Origin: a virus
Lineage: Duplodnaviria > Caudoviricetes
Virus record (IMG/VR): IMGVR_UViG_3300035102_000151
Coordinates: 1-42,634 of that record
Strand: one strand, 5' to 3'
Length of the DNA: 42,634 bases
Below the pieces are notes generated by a model. That model saw nothing but the letters and a program-made list of their open reading frames with translations. It did not search any database and was not told the origin of the DNA. The position numbers and the translations under genes are program-made. This document shows positions 1-10,536 of this stretch, piece after piece. Within the stretch, counting starts at the first letter, position 1; each line of letters begins with the position of its first letter.

Positions 1-2
1 TA

Positions 3-98
3 GATGAATTGATTAAATTGATGAAAAAGGCTGGAAAATATTTTAGTGAAACATGTAAATCTTTTCAACATAAAAAAATAATAGATGTTGAAATTTAA
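3..98 (+). CDS. 3' end of a hypothetical protein (partial)
   Basis: Open frame DELIKLMKKAGKYFSETCKSFQHKKIIDVEI-TAA running in from the window edge and followed by a terminator. Confidence 0.55.
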   Translation, partial: DELIKLMKKAGKYFSETCKSFQHKKIIDVEI

Positions 99-132
99 AT
101 AAGAGATAAAATATAGATTGCTTCTTTTTAAT

Positions 133-165
133 AAAAAAGGCTAATAAAAATTATCAGCCTTTTTT
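133..165. terminator. bidirectional rho-independent terminator
   Basis: A6-GGCT(A)AT...AT(C)AGCC-T6 hairpin between convergent genes. Confidence 0.75.
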
Positions 166-172
166 CATTTTC

Positions 173-406
173 CTAATTATTTTGAGGGTTAGGAATTTAA
201 TTTGGTTGAAGTTGTTGTCGATTTTGTTTTGAATTTTGTGATTGCTGTTGAATCATATTGTTTAATAAAGTACCAAATTTATTAAATGTATCTGCTAAAT
301 CATACAAATTTTTTTGAATTTTATTAATTTTTTGTAATCCATTTAAGATTTCTTGCATATTTAAAACTTGTTCTGTTTAATTTTGATTTTGTTGATTATT
401 ATTCAT
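173..406 (-). pseudogene. Gln/Asn-rich small ORF interrupted by two in-frame TAA (or a 53-aa ORF at 197..358)
   Basis: AGAGG SD and ATG at 406. In-frame TAA at 377-379 and 197-199, TAG at 173-175. An internal ATG at 358 gives MQEILNGLQKINKIQKNLYDLADTFNKFGTLLNNMIQQQ... Confidence 0.4.
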
Positions 407-429
407 ATTTACCTCTTTTTATAATTTTT

Positions 430-918
430 TTAATCAATGTTTATATTTTTAATTTTTTTATTATCTTTAATACCATTAGTTTTATATATTGTAATAGTTA
501 AAATACCATTCTTTAAATTAGTTTTGATATTTTCTAAATCAGAATTTTCTGGTAAAATAATTGACCTGATAAATTTAGATTTTTTAATTTCATGACAAAA
601 TTGTTTTTGAATAATTTTTTTATCATTCTTTTTTGCTTTTTCTCCTTTAATTTTTAATATTTTTTCATCTTCATTTAATTCAATATTAATTTCATTTTTT
701 TCTAATCCAGGAACAGTTGCTTCAATTTCATATTCTTTTTCATATTCATTAATATTAAATTTAGGATACCCAGTTGAACTTAATAGTTTAATACTATTAT
801 TATCTGGAATATCAAATTTTGGTCAGAAATCATTAAAAAAAGTATCTGCTGCTGAAATGAAATCATCTTTTAATAATGGAAATAAGGGGGAATTAAATTT
901 TGTTAATTTTGTAGTCAT
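430..918 (-). CDS. small heat-shock protein (Hsp20/alpha-crystallin), 162 aa in code 4
   Basis: Motifs YPKFNINEYEKEYEIEATVPGLEKNEINIE, FIRSIILPEN and NGILTITI. One in-frame TGA at 823-825. AGGAG SD. Absent from the ORF track. Confidence 0.9.
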
Positions 919-998
919 TTTTTTTCTCCTTTTTTGTTATTTATTAATAAATTAACAATTTTAAGTAGTACAAATAATTGTTTCTACTTTTTCATAAA

Positions 999-1006
999 AT
1001 AAATAT
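999..1006 (-). promoter_or_regulatory. putative late promoter ATATTTAT
   Basis: Same motif found upstream of each TGA-containing structural operon. Confidence 0.45.
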
Positions 1007-1046
1007 ATATTAAAATTAAAAAAATATATATTTTTTTTAAAATTTC

Positions 1047-1075
1047 TTGGTTTTTAATAAAAATTTTTTTATATT
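1047..1075 (+). promoter_or_regulatory. sigma70-like early promoter
   Basis: TTGGTT-17 nt-TATATT, a spacing repeated exactly at 9 sites. Confidence 0.75.
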
Positions 1076-1108
1076 ATACATAATAAATATTTAAAAAAGG
1101 AAATTTTT

Positions 1109-1423
1109 ATGAATTGGGAAATATTATATAAAGAAGGTGAAAAAAAAGAATTTTATTTAAATGTTTTTTTCGATTTTTCTCCTGATGAAGATTATGATAA
1201 ATTTACTATAAATGAAATTTACTATAATAAAAAAATAGTAAAAAATATTTCAAATAAAAATATGAAAAAAATTATTAATTTACTTGAAATTGATGAAAAT
1301 AATATTGAAGATGTATTTTTTAATAAATTAAAAGAAGATTATGAAGATTATATTGGAGAAAGTGCATTTTCTTCAACTTATGGAAATATTGATAATTGGT
1401 TAAAAGGAATAAGAATTAATTAA
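1109..1423 (+). CDS. hypothetical early protein
   Basis: ORF with AAGGA SD just downstream of the promoter. Confidence 0.75.
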   Translation: MNWEILYKEGEKKEFYLNVFFDFSPDEDYDKFTINEIYYNKKIVKNISNKNMKKIINLLEIDENNIEDVFFNKLKEDYEDYIGESAFSSTYGNIDNWLKGIRIN

Positions 1424-1452
1424 ATTAATAATAAAAAAAGAAGAAAAATATT

Positions 1453-1815
1453 ATGTTAGTTAATATTAATAAATTATTACAAATTGAAGAATATATTGAT
1501 GATTATGATATTTGGATGCCAAAATATCATAAAGAAATTAAAATTCCTATTTTAAATATAATAATTAGAAAAGAAAATGTTGATAAAAGGTGGTTTGGAA
1601 TAAATTGTATAAAACAATGTATAAATCATTATAATAAACAGAATAATAAAATATATTTTAATTTTAAAAATAATAAATTTTATTATAAACCATATTTAGA
1701 ATATATTTTTCAAGATAATATAATTATTAAAGAATATTTTAATTCTAAAAAAGAAGTAAGAATTAAAATTAAAGAATTACAAAAAAAATATTCAAATTTA
1801 AAAAATAAATTATAA
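1453..1815 (+). CDS. hypothetical protein
   Basis: 120-aa ORF in operon. Confidence 0.7.
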   Translation: MLVNINKLLQIEEYIDDYDIWMPKYHKEIKIPILNIIIRKENVDKRWFGINCIKQCINHYNKQNNKIYFNFKNNKFYYKPYLEYIFQDNIIIKEYFNSKKEVRIKIKELQKKYSNLKNKL

Positions 1816-1859
1816 ATTTTATTATAAAAAATATAAATAAAAAAAATGAAAGTTAAATT

Positions 1860-2357
1860 ATGAAAGTAAGAAAGTATATTAAAGATATTGTAGAATATGT
1901 AAATTTATGTAGAAATCCACATGTTAGTGTTATAGTTGAAAGTCCAAGTTTAGGTGTAACCACATGTTATTACAATAATAAAGAAAAAATTGTAATTAGT
2001 AATATTATTCAAAAAAGAATTAAAAACGGTAATTTTTATTTTATAGAAGAGGAGCCAAAAATGCAAGAAATAATATTAAATCCACCAAAATCAAAAGAAT
2101 TAATTATTAATGATATTATAAATATTGATCATATTGGTTTTATTGAAAATAATGGTATAAAAGGATATATTGATCATATTGGAGGTTGGTTTTATATGGC
2201 TATTAGTGTTCAACAGTGTTATGGGGTATGTAATAAAGTATGGTTAAGTTCAAAAGAAAGAAATATTAAAGATTGTTTAAAATATATTCTTAATGATATT
2301 CAAGCAGCATACAAATTTGAAAATAGAAAAGAATTATTTAGATGGCTATCTGAATAA
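1860..2357 (+). CDS. hypothetical protein
   Basis: 165-aa ORF in operon. Confidence 0.7.
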   Translation: MKVRKYIKDIVEYVNLCRNPHVSVIVESPSLGVTTCYYNNKEKIVISNIIQKRIKNGNFYFIEEEPKMQEIILNPPKSKELIINDIINIDHIGFIENNGIKGYIDHIGGWFYMAISVQQCYGVCNKVWLSSKERNIKDCLKYILNDIQAAYKFENRKELFRWLSE

Positions 2358-2398
2358 CAGAAAAAGAAATAATCAAAAACAAAAATTAAGAAGTTTTT

Positions 2399-3625
2399 AT
2401 GTTTGTAATGTATAACAAAAAAGAACAAAAATTTCCAGTAAAAATTTGGGTAAATGATAAAAATGATATTGAATTAGGAGCAATTGAACAAATAAAAAAT
2501 ATGTCTAACTTACCTTTTATACATAAACATATTTCAATAATGCCAGATACTCACCAAGGATACGGAGTTGTAATAGGAGGAGTATTAGCAACAGAAAATG
2601 TAGTTATACCAAATGCTGTAGGATCTGATATTGGATGTGGTATGTGTTTTATAAAATCTGATTTAAATTATAATAAAGTTTCAAATGATACATATAAAAA
2701 AATTGTTGAAATAATTAAAAGAAAAATTCCAGTAGGTTTTGCTCATCATAAAGAATCACAAAGCGAAGAAAATATGCCAGATGGATCTAAAATAATTAAT
2801 CATTTTAGTGGTCAATTAAATAATTCAATAATATTAGAAGAATATACTAAAGCATTATATCAATTAGGAACTTTAGGTGGCGGAAATCATTTTATTGAAT
2901 TACAAAAAGATGAAAATGATAATTTATGTATTATGTTACATTCGGGATCAAGAAATTTAGGATATAAAGTGGCTAAACATTATAACAATCTTGCTATTGA
3001 TTTAAATGAAAAATGGTATTCTTCAGTACCAAAAGAATATGAATTAGCATTTTTACCATTAAATTCAAAAGAAGGACAAAATTATTTATTAGAAATGCAA
3101 TATTGTTTAGAATTTGCATTAGCAAATAGAAAATTAATGATGTATAGAATTATGGATATTGTAAAAAATTGTATTAAAAAATATGATAAAAAACATATTG
3201 GTTTTGATTCTAATATTTTAAATATTGCTCACAATTATGTTGATATGGAAAATCATTTTAAGAAAAACGTATTGGTTCATAGGAAAGGCGCTACAAGAGT
3301 AAGAAAAGATGAAATGGGTATAATTCCAGGTTCACAAGGAAGTTGTAGTTATATTGTAAAAGGATTAGGAAATAAAGATTCTTTTATGTCTTGTTCTCAT
3401 GGAGCGGGCAGAATTATGTCAAGAACCAAAGCAAAAGAAAAATTAAATTTACAAGACGAAATTAATAAAATGAATAAACAAGGAATTATTCATTCGATAA
3501 ATAACGAAAAAGATTTAGATGAAGCAGATGGAGCATATAAAAATATTGATGAAGTAATGGAAAATCAAAAAGATTTAGTTAAAATTATTCATAAATTAAA
3601 ACCAATTGCAGTAATAAAAGGATAA
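2399..3625 (+). CDS. rtcB: RtcB family RNA 2',3'-cyclic phosphate/5'-OH ligase
   Basis: Motifs MPDTHQGYG, VGSDIGCGM, LGTLGGGNHFIE, HSGSR, HRKGAT, IPGSQG, SCSHGAGR, DEADGAYK. Confidence 0.96.
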   Translation: MFVMYNKKEQKFPVKIWVNDKNDIELGAIEQIKNMSNLPFIHKHISIMPDTHQGYGVVIGGVLATENVVIPNAVGSDIGCGMCFIKSDLNYNKVSNDTYKKIVEIIKRKIPVGFAHHKESQSEENMPDGSKIINHFSGQLNNSIILEEYTKALYQLGTLGGGNHFIELQKDENDNLCIMLHSGSRNLGYKVAKHYNNLAIDLNEKWYSSVPKEYELAFLPLNSKEGQNYLLEMQYCLEFALANRKLMMYRIMDIVKNCIKKYDKKHIGFDSNILNIAHNYVDMENHFKKNVLVHRKGATRVRKDEMGIIPGSQGSCSYIVKGLGNKDSFMSCSHGAGRIMSRTKAKEKLNLQDEINKMNKQGIIHSINNEKDLDEADGAYKNIDEVMENQKDLVKIIHKLKPIAVIKG

Positions 3626-3629
3626 AAAT

Positions 3630-4025
3630 ATGTGTTTAAAAACAAAAGAAAAAAATCCAAAAATAGCAAAAGAAGATATTGTAGTATATGTTATTCGGGA
3701 ACATCGAATTTATTATAATCATCATATATTTTCTCCATTTTTTAATTTTTATTGGAATAAAAACGAATTATATACTTCATCATTATTTCAAAATAAAAAC
3801 GAAATGGATAATAAAATATTTTATGGTTTTCATTCTTTTATAACTTTAAAAGATGCTAAGAAAATGTTAAGAAATAGATTTAATTTTTGTACTTTTTTTT
3901 ATTATAAAATACATAAAGCAATTATTCCAAAGGATAGTTTATATTGGACTGGAAAATTTAATACAATTTTTAAAAGAAATTCATATTGTTCTAATAAATT
4001 AATATTAAAAGAAATTGTTAATTAA
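3630..4025 (+). CDS. hypothetical phage protein
   Basis: MCL...IAKEDIVVY...GFHSF...AIIPK pattern, which I recall from small phage proteins. Operonic. Confidence 0.75.
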   Translation: MCLKTKEKNPKIAKEDIVVYVIREHRIYYNHHIFSPFFNFYWNKNELYTSSLFQNKNEMDNKIFYGFHSFITLKDAKKMLRNRFNFCTFFYYKIHKAIIPKDSLYWTGKFNTIFKRNSYCSNKLILKEIVN

Positions 4026-4384
4026 TGAAAAAATTACTAAAATTTTATATTAGAAAAAATAAAAATTCAATAAAAGATATCAATTTTGAATTAAAAGAAA
4101 AGATTTTTTATATCATTGATAGATATGTAAAACAATATTTTACATATACTAAAAAAGGAAAGAAATTTAATTTTTTAGGTATATTAAATGAAGATATTGA
4201 TAGTATGAATGATGAAATTAATTATGAAATTTTTATTAATAATTTTTTAAATGATAAAAATTTAACTTATGCTGATATTGATTTATTATTAATTGAATTA
4301 AAAAATCATTTATCTAAAGATCATATTTTATTTAAATCTTCTATATATAAAAGAATTCAAAAAAAGTTATATAAAGATGAATAA
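4025..4384 (+). CDS. hypothetical protein
   Basis: TAATG-coupled ORF. Confidence 0.7.
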   Translation: MKKLLKFYIRKNKNSIKDINFELKEKIFYIIDRYVKQYFTYTKKGKKFNFLGILNEDIDSMNDEINYEIFINNFLNDKNLTYADIDLLLIELKNHLSKDHILFKSSIYKRIQKKLYKDE

Positions 4385-4411
4385 AGATAAATAATTAAAA
4401 GGAGACTTATT

Positions 4412-4996
4412 ATGCCAACAGGATATACTTATTATATTTTAAAAGGATGTACATTTAAAGAATATGCTTTAAAATGTGCGCATGCATTCGGGGCAAATTT
4501 AGAATTAAAAGATAAATCAATAGATGAACCTATTCCAGAATATAAAGTGGATTCTTATCATTTAAAAGAATTAAATAAAGCAAAAAAAGAACTAAAGAAA
4601 TTTAAAAAATTAACTTTCAATCAAAAACTAAAGAAAATAGATGAATATAATGATAAGGAAATAGAAAATTACAATAAAAAATTAAAAGAATATTATGAAA
4701 ATAAAAAGAAATATGAATTTATGTTAGAAAAAGTTAAAAATTATAATCCACCAACAGAAGATCATATTGGATTTAAAAAATTTATGAAAGAACAAATTGA
4801 AAGTTCAATGGAATGGGATTTAAATTTACCAAAATTTCCAAAATCAATTTCTATAAAAGAATGGGAAAATAAAGAATTAAATAGTATAATTTGGGAAATT
4901 GATTATCATAAAAAAGAATATGAAAAAGAAAAACAAAGAGTAAAAAGAAATAATAAATGGAATAAAAAATTGGTTGATAGTTTAGAGGATGAATAA
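4412..4996 (+). CDS. conserved phage coiled-coil protein (MPTGYT N-terminus)
   Basis: AGGAG SD. MPTGYT...TFKEYALKCAHAFGA...PPTEDHIGFKKFM. Confidence 0.85.
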   Translation: MPTGYTYYILKGCTFKEYALKCAHAFGANLELKDKSIDEPIPEYKVDSYHLKELNKAKKELKKFKKLTFNQKLKKIDEYNDKEIENYNKKLKEYYENKKKYEFMLEKVKNYNPPTEDHIGFKKFMKEQIESSMEWDLNLPKFPKSISIKEWENKELNSIIWEIDYHKKEYEKEKQRVKRNNKWNKKLVDSLEDE

Positions 4997-5032
4997 AAAT
5001 ATAAAATAAATTAAAATTTTAATAAAAAGTTC

Positions 5033-5061
5033 TTGTTTTTTATTATAAACTTCCTTATATT
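5033..5061 (+). promoter_or_regulatory. sigma70-like early promoter within a ~90-bp repeated promoter/SD cassette
   Basis: TTGTTT-17 nt-TATATT followed by ATGTAAATAAG...AAGGAG. Confidence 0.8.
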
Positions 5062-5101
5062 ATATATGTAAATAAGGTTAATTAAAAAAGGAGATTTAAA
5101 A

Positions 5102-5362
5102 ATGAAGTTACAAACAAAAAATGAAGTTGTACAAAATATTATGCATGATATTGAAAATTTAAAATTTGTCGATTATCATATTTTTCCAACAAAATATAAT
5201 AATTATTTGGATAATATCAATTGTAAAATCACTGAAATTTTAATTAAACATAAAAATGAATTAGAAGAATTATCAAAAGAATATATCAAATTAGCAGATA
5301 AAACTGCTATGTGGGATAAAGTAGGTCAAACTTATTATGAATGTAAAAGGAGGATTAAATAA
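5102..5362 (+). CDS. hypothetical early protein
   Basis: AAGGAG SD. Confidence 0.75.
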   Translation: MKLQTKNEVVQNIMHDIENLKFVDYHIFPTKYNNYLDNINCKITEILIKHKNELEELSKEYIKLADKTAMWDKVGQTYYECKRRIK

Positions 5363-5670
5363 TGTTTAAAAAATTATTTTCAAAAGAAAAAGAAATTGAT
5401 AATCGTGAATTTAGAAGAGCAATTTATCATTTTTCAAGATGGTTTTCAGAAAAAATTAATATTCATTATATTGTTAATGTAAAAACCATAAAAACAAAAA
5501 ATCAAATAAAAGTAATAATTGAAACTCATTTTCCTGGATTATTAATTGGAAAAAAAGGAGAAGTAATTAAACTTTTAGAAGCATTTATACAAGAGGATGT
5601 CGGTATTAAAAAAGGTATTATTATTGTAGAAGTAGTTGAATCTAAATTATGGATGAATTTGTATAGATAA
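5362..5670 (+). CDS. stand-alone type-II KH-domain protein resembling the ribosomal protein S3 KH domain
   Basis: IKVIIETHFPGLLIGKKGEVIKLLE (GxxG loop; compare S3 IHTARPGIVIGKKG). AGGAGG SD. Confidence 0.75.
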   Translation: MFKKLFSKEKEIDNREFRRAIYHFSRWFSEKINIHYIVNVKTIKTKNQIKVIIETHFPGLLIGKKGEVIKLLEAFIQEDVGIKKGIIIVEVVESKLWMNLYR

Positions 5671-5695
5671 TAAGTTGATTAAAAAGGAGAAAAAG

Positions 5696-5920
5696 ATGAA
5701 TTTAAATAAATATAAAGAATTAACAACAGATCAAATAAATTCAGAAAAAAAGATACAATTAATCAATTTAAAAATTGATTTATTAACAGAAATGTCATTA
5801 ATTAATAATGAAGCCATAATTACGAATTTTGTTAATGATAATTTTTTAAAAGGAAGATATTTTCAAACAGAAAAAATTATAAATATAATTGACTGTAAGT
5901 TAAAAAAATTAGATAATTAG
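5696..5920 (+). CDS. hypothetical protein
   Basis: ATG at 5696 after AAGGAG, preferred over TTG at 5675. Confidence 0.7.
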   Translation: MNLNKYKELTTDQINSEKKIQLINLKIDLLTEMSLINNEAIITNFVNDNFLKGRYFQTEKIINIIDCKLKKLDN

Positions 5921-5942
5921 AAAATTAAAATAATTAATTATG

Positions 5943-5973
5943 AAAAAAGGACTAATTTTATTAGTCCTTTTTT
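5943..5973. terminator. rho-independent terminator (copy 1)
   Basis: A6-GGACTAAT-TTT-ATTAGTCC-T6. Confidence 0.85.
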
Positions 5974-5997
5974 ATTTAAAAATAATTTTTTAAATAA

Positions 5998-6005
5998 ATA
6001 TTTAT
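5998..6005 (+). promoter_or_regulatory. putative late promoter ATATTTAT for the endonuclease
   Basis: Late motif on the plus strand ~46 nt before ATG 6052. Confidence 0.4.
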
Positions 6006-6051
6006 ATTAAATATTATAATAAATTCAGCAATTTAAATAGGAAAAAATAAA

Positions 6052-8031
6052 ATGAATAAAGATTTAAAATGTAAAATCTGTAATAAAAAATTTAAAAATA
6101 CAGGATGACTATCAAGACATTTAAATAAAGAACATAAAATATCATTTCAACAATATTATGACAAATATTTTTTAGAAAATAAAAATGAAAAATATTGTAA
6201 TAATCCATCATGTAATAATAAATCTAATTTTAAAAATTGAAAAGGATATTCAAAATATTGTTCTTCAAAATGTGCAAATGAAATAATAAATTCTGATAAA
6301 AATGTTATAAATAAAAAAATACAAAATATGAAAAAAACTATAAAAGAAAAATATAGGGTGGATAATATATCTCAATCAAAACAATGAAAAAATAAATGTA
6401 AAAAAACATGAAATAATAAATCTAAAAAGGAATTAAAAGAAATTTCAAATAAATCCAAACAAACAAAATTAGAAAAATATGGAAATGAAAATTTTAACAA
6501 CATAGAAAAAAATAAACAAACAAAATTAGAAAAATATGGAAATAAAAATTTTAATAATAGAAATAAATTTAAAAATACTATGTTAAAAACTTATGGTGTA
6601 GAATGGGCAATGCAATCAAATGAAATAAAAGAAAAACAATTAAATACATTAAATGAAAAATATGGAGGAATAGGATTAAAATCTAATATAATAAAAGAAA
6701 AAATACAAAATACTAATTTAGAAAAATATGGTTCTAAATCCGCTTTAGGTAATAAAAATATTCGCAATAAAATAAAAAATACAATGCAGGAAAAATATAA
6801 TGGAATAGGATTTGGTTCTGAAATAATTAATAGAAAAATACAAAATACTAATTTAGAAAAATATGGTAATAAATTTATTTCTAAAAGTGAAATTATAAAA
6901 AATAAAATTAAACAAAATAATTTAAAAAAATATAAAGTTGAATATTTTACTCAATCTTTATATTATAAAAGAAAAAGATTTGAAAAAAGATATAAAAGAT
7001 TATTAAAAAATAAATTTATTAAACCATTATTTAATTTAGATGATTTTTCAGGAATTGATAAAAATTATAAATTTAAATGTTTAAAATGTAATAAAATTTA
7101 TAAATCTACTTTTATAAATCATAATCATTTACCTTTATGTTCTAATTGTTTTAAATTTGATGGAAATATATCAAGTTATGAAAAAGAAATTAGATTTTTT
7201 ATTGAAAATGAATTAAATATAAAAAATATACAATATAATAAAAGATTAATAAATAAAAAAGAATTAGATATTTATATACCAGATTTTAATTTAGCGATTG
7301 AATTAGATGGAATATATTATCATTCAGAAATTTCAGGAGGAAAAGATAAAAAATATCATTTAGAAAAAACCAAATTATGTAATAAAAAAGGAATTAAACT
7401 ATTACACATATGAGATATTGAATGAATAAATAAACAAGATATTGTTAAATCTATTATTAAAAATAATTTAAATATATATGATAAAAAAATAGGAGCCCGA
7501 GAATGTCAAATTAAATTAATTATTGATAATAAAATAAAAAATCAATTTTTAAATAAAAACCATATACAAGGTGAAGATAAAAGTTCTATTAAATTAGGAT
7601 TATTTTATAAAAATGAATTAGTTAGTTTAATGACATTTGTAAAATCTAGATATAATAAAAATTATGAATGAGAAATTTCAAGATTTTGTAATAAATTAAA
7701 TTATGTTATAATTGGTAGCGCTAATAAATTATTTAAACATTTTATTAAAAATTATAATCCAAAATCAATTATAACATATTCTGATATAAGATTTTTTGAT
7801 GGTAAAATTTATGAAAAATTAAATTTTGATTTTTTAGAAGATACAAATCCAAATTATTTTTATATTAAAGGAAATAATATTTATTCGAGAATTTATTTTC
7901 AAAAATATAAATTAGAAGAAAAAATAGAATATTTTGATAAAAATTTAACAGAATGAGAAAATATGCAACTGAATAAATTTGATAGAATTTGAGATTGTGG
8001 AAATAAAAAATATATATGAAAAAAGGACTAA
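6052..8031 (+). CDS. Hef-like homing endonuclease (C2H2 Zn finger, KYG repeats, Zn ribbon, PD-(D/E)xK/DUF559-like nuclease), 659 aa in code 4
   Basis: CKIC...HLNKEH, LEKYG repeats, ELDIYIPDFNLAIELDGIYYHSE, LLHIWDIEW, RIWDCGNKKY. About 9 in-frame TGA at Trp positions. Confidence 0.88.
6457..6867 (+). repeat. coding KYG repeats in the endonuclease
   Basis: aaacaaacaaaattagaaaaatatggaaat x2 and aaaatacaaaatactaatttagaaaaatatggt x2. Confidence 0.75.
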
Positions 8032-8049
8032 TAAAATTAGTCCTTTTTT
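8019..8049. terminator. bidirectional terminator (copy 2) between endonuclease and sheath
   Basis: A6-GGACTAAT-AAA-ATTAGTCC-T6. Confidence 0.85.
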
Positions 8050-8071
8050 ATTTATTAATTAGAATTATTGA

Positions 8072-10342
8072 TTACGCACCAGGAAATGTAGCACCTGTTG
8101 GCATAATATTAAATTCAATCGGAATAAATTCTGCTACTTCTGTAGGTTGTAATCAAATTCTTCCTCTCATTATATTTCTATCAATATCAGTATTTGAAAT
8201 AGTGGTATCATCGCTCATTTCAACTTGAAAATCATATAATCCATTTTCATTTTTAATATCATTTAAAATTGGATTAACTAAAGATTTAAATCTATTTCAT
8301 GTTTGAACATCACTTTGTTCAAATACTAAATATCTTGTTACTGATGCTATTAATTTTTTTATTTTTAATAACATTCTTCTAATATTAACTCTATCTAATT
8401 TTTTATTTGTTGTTCCCGCTAATAAAGTTTTTTGTCCTCAAACTACTGGTGAAATAGTATTTGGAAAACTCGCTATTGGATTAATTCTTGCTTCATATAA
8501 TTTATCTCTATCTGTTTGATATAATCTTTTATATGTTGCAATAGCATTTGTTAATCCACCTCTTGTTAAACCAGCCGGTGCATATCATTCATGAGCCATA
8601 TTATCATTATATGCTAATACCCCGGGAATTAATACTGAAGGTGGAACTCACACATTTTTATTATTTTCTTCATCTTTAATTTTTACATAAGGATAATAAG
8701 TTGCAGCATATGAATTATCAATAGGTTGAATTGTTTTAATAACAGTATTTATACTATCCTCTTTAGGACCTGGATCAATAACTGCTAAAGCATCTCCTCT
8801 ATCTCTACATTTATCCATTAAATAAGAAGTAACTGCACTATGTTGTCTATGATTACATTCTGGAGTTACCATTAAATTAACATCAAATTCTTCAGGATTT
8901 CCAACAGTATCAATTGCTTTTCTATATTCAACAGATCCAGAAGTAGTTGCTGTTGTAAATGTTGATTGGCTTACAACTGCTAATCTTGGATCATATCCAT
9001 CAAATCCATTTTGAAATCCAAAGGAAAATTTTAGTTTTGTAGAATCTGTATTTGCTAATACTAAACTACCAGAATAAGTATTATTAACATATTCAATACA
9101 ATTAGATAATAAGAAATCAGTACTTGCATTTGCTGCATTTGTTGGTAAAAAAGTATGATAATTATCAACATTAGCGGCAGTAAAATCTTCACCGAAATAT
9201 ACTTTATCATCATATTCACTATTATATGATTGTGATAATTGATATACTGGATCTGGAGTATTTGAATTATATTTCTTTAAATTTTTAAATCCAAAAGGTA
9301 CTGCTTCTTTTGGTATTGTATTTAAATTTTTCATATCAATTCTAATATATTCAGAAATATTTTCATAATCTCCATAAACAGTAATTTTACCTTCAGAATC
9401 TGTTACTGTATATTGATCACCAATTCTTCTTGCAATATAATCTGGAGAATTTTCATTTAAATCTAAATTACTAAATGTTTCAAGAATAACAGGATTAATA
9501 TCAGTATCATTATATTCTCTTACAATTAATGTAAATTTACCATAATCAGAATTAGCAATATCATCTGCTGGTTTTATATCAGAAATACTTATTTTAATTT
9601 CTTGATTTGCTGCAGTTCCATCTGCTAATGTTTGAATATCAAATAATTCATGATTTGTAGTTCCAAAAGTTTGAGATATAATAGTAGGGCTACTTGCATT
9701 TGAAAATCCATTAGTTGTTATTGCCGCAGATGTGGAAGAAGTAATTGAACTTTCAGTTAATGTTCCATTACCATCGATTCCTGCTAATGATTTTGATACT
9801 TCAGCAGAATATACATGATCTAAATAAACATCATAAGTAGTATTTTTTGGATTTGTTCCAATAATATTACCTAAATAATTTGTATCTGTATTTCTTAATG
9901 AAACATTTGAAAAAGTAGTTTCACCACCAGATTGACTAACATATAAATCAAAATCATCTAATGTTAAAGTAGAACCTGTTACTTTCATATTGATTGAAGC
10001 ATCTGATCCATAGGTTGGTCTAATTACTGCTAATAATTCACTACCAGAAGTAATTTCTCCTACATTATTATATGTAAAAGCACCGCCACCTAATACTCTT
10101 ACGAATGTCATATTTCCTGCATTTTCTAAATAATCTTTTGCTGCATATGAACATAAATATTCAGAATTAACATTCCCAAACCATTTTTTAAATTCAGTAA
10201 AATTATTTACTATGGTAGGTTTAAATGCAGGTCCTTTTGGTGAACGACCAATAATTGCTCCTCCAATTTCGCCTAATGCTTGAGGAAGAAATCCTTGATC
10301 CTTTTCTTGTGTAAATACACCAGGACTTACCATTTTTGCCAT
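8072..10342 (-). CDS. gp18: contractile tail sheath protein (T4 gp18-like), 756 aa in code 4
   Basis: SPGVFTQEKD...GPAFKP N-terminus. Reading through TGA gives VWVPPS, EWYAPAGLTRG, INPI, VWGQKTL, LDRVNIRR, FEQSD..TWNRF, IWLQPTEVAEFI. Confidence 0.96.
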
Positions 10343-10388
10343 TATTTTTCTCCTATTTTTAAACAGTTAATTTTATTATTATTCTATT

Positions 10389-10396
10389 ATAAATAT
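10389..10396 (-). promoter_or_regulatory. putative late promoter (ATATTTATAATAGAAT)
   Basis: Extended sequence identical to that upstream of the scaffold/capsid operon. Confidence 0.65.
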
Positions 10397-10477
10397 ATAT
10401 TAAAAAAATCAAAATTAAGTTTTTTTTAATTTTTTTTAATATTTTTTAAAAATAAAAATATTTATATGATTTTTTTC

Positions 10478-10506
10478 TTGTTTTTTAGTAGTTTATTTAT
10501 TATATT
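10478..10506 (+). promoter_or_regulatory. sigma70-like early promoter
   Basis: TTGTTT-17 nt-TATATT. Confidence 0.75.
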
Positions 10507-10536
10507 TAATATGTAAAAAATAAAGGAGTATTGATT

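Noticed and set aside
6457-6867. Short spaced repeats as a CRISPR array (also 27500-27700 and 38960-39060)
   Set aside because: In-frame coding repeats with only 2 copies each, no spacer pattern and no cas genes
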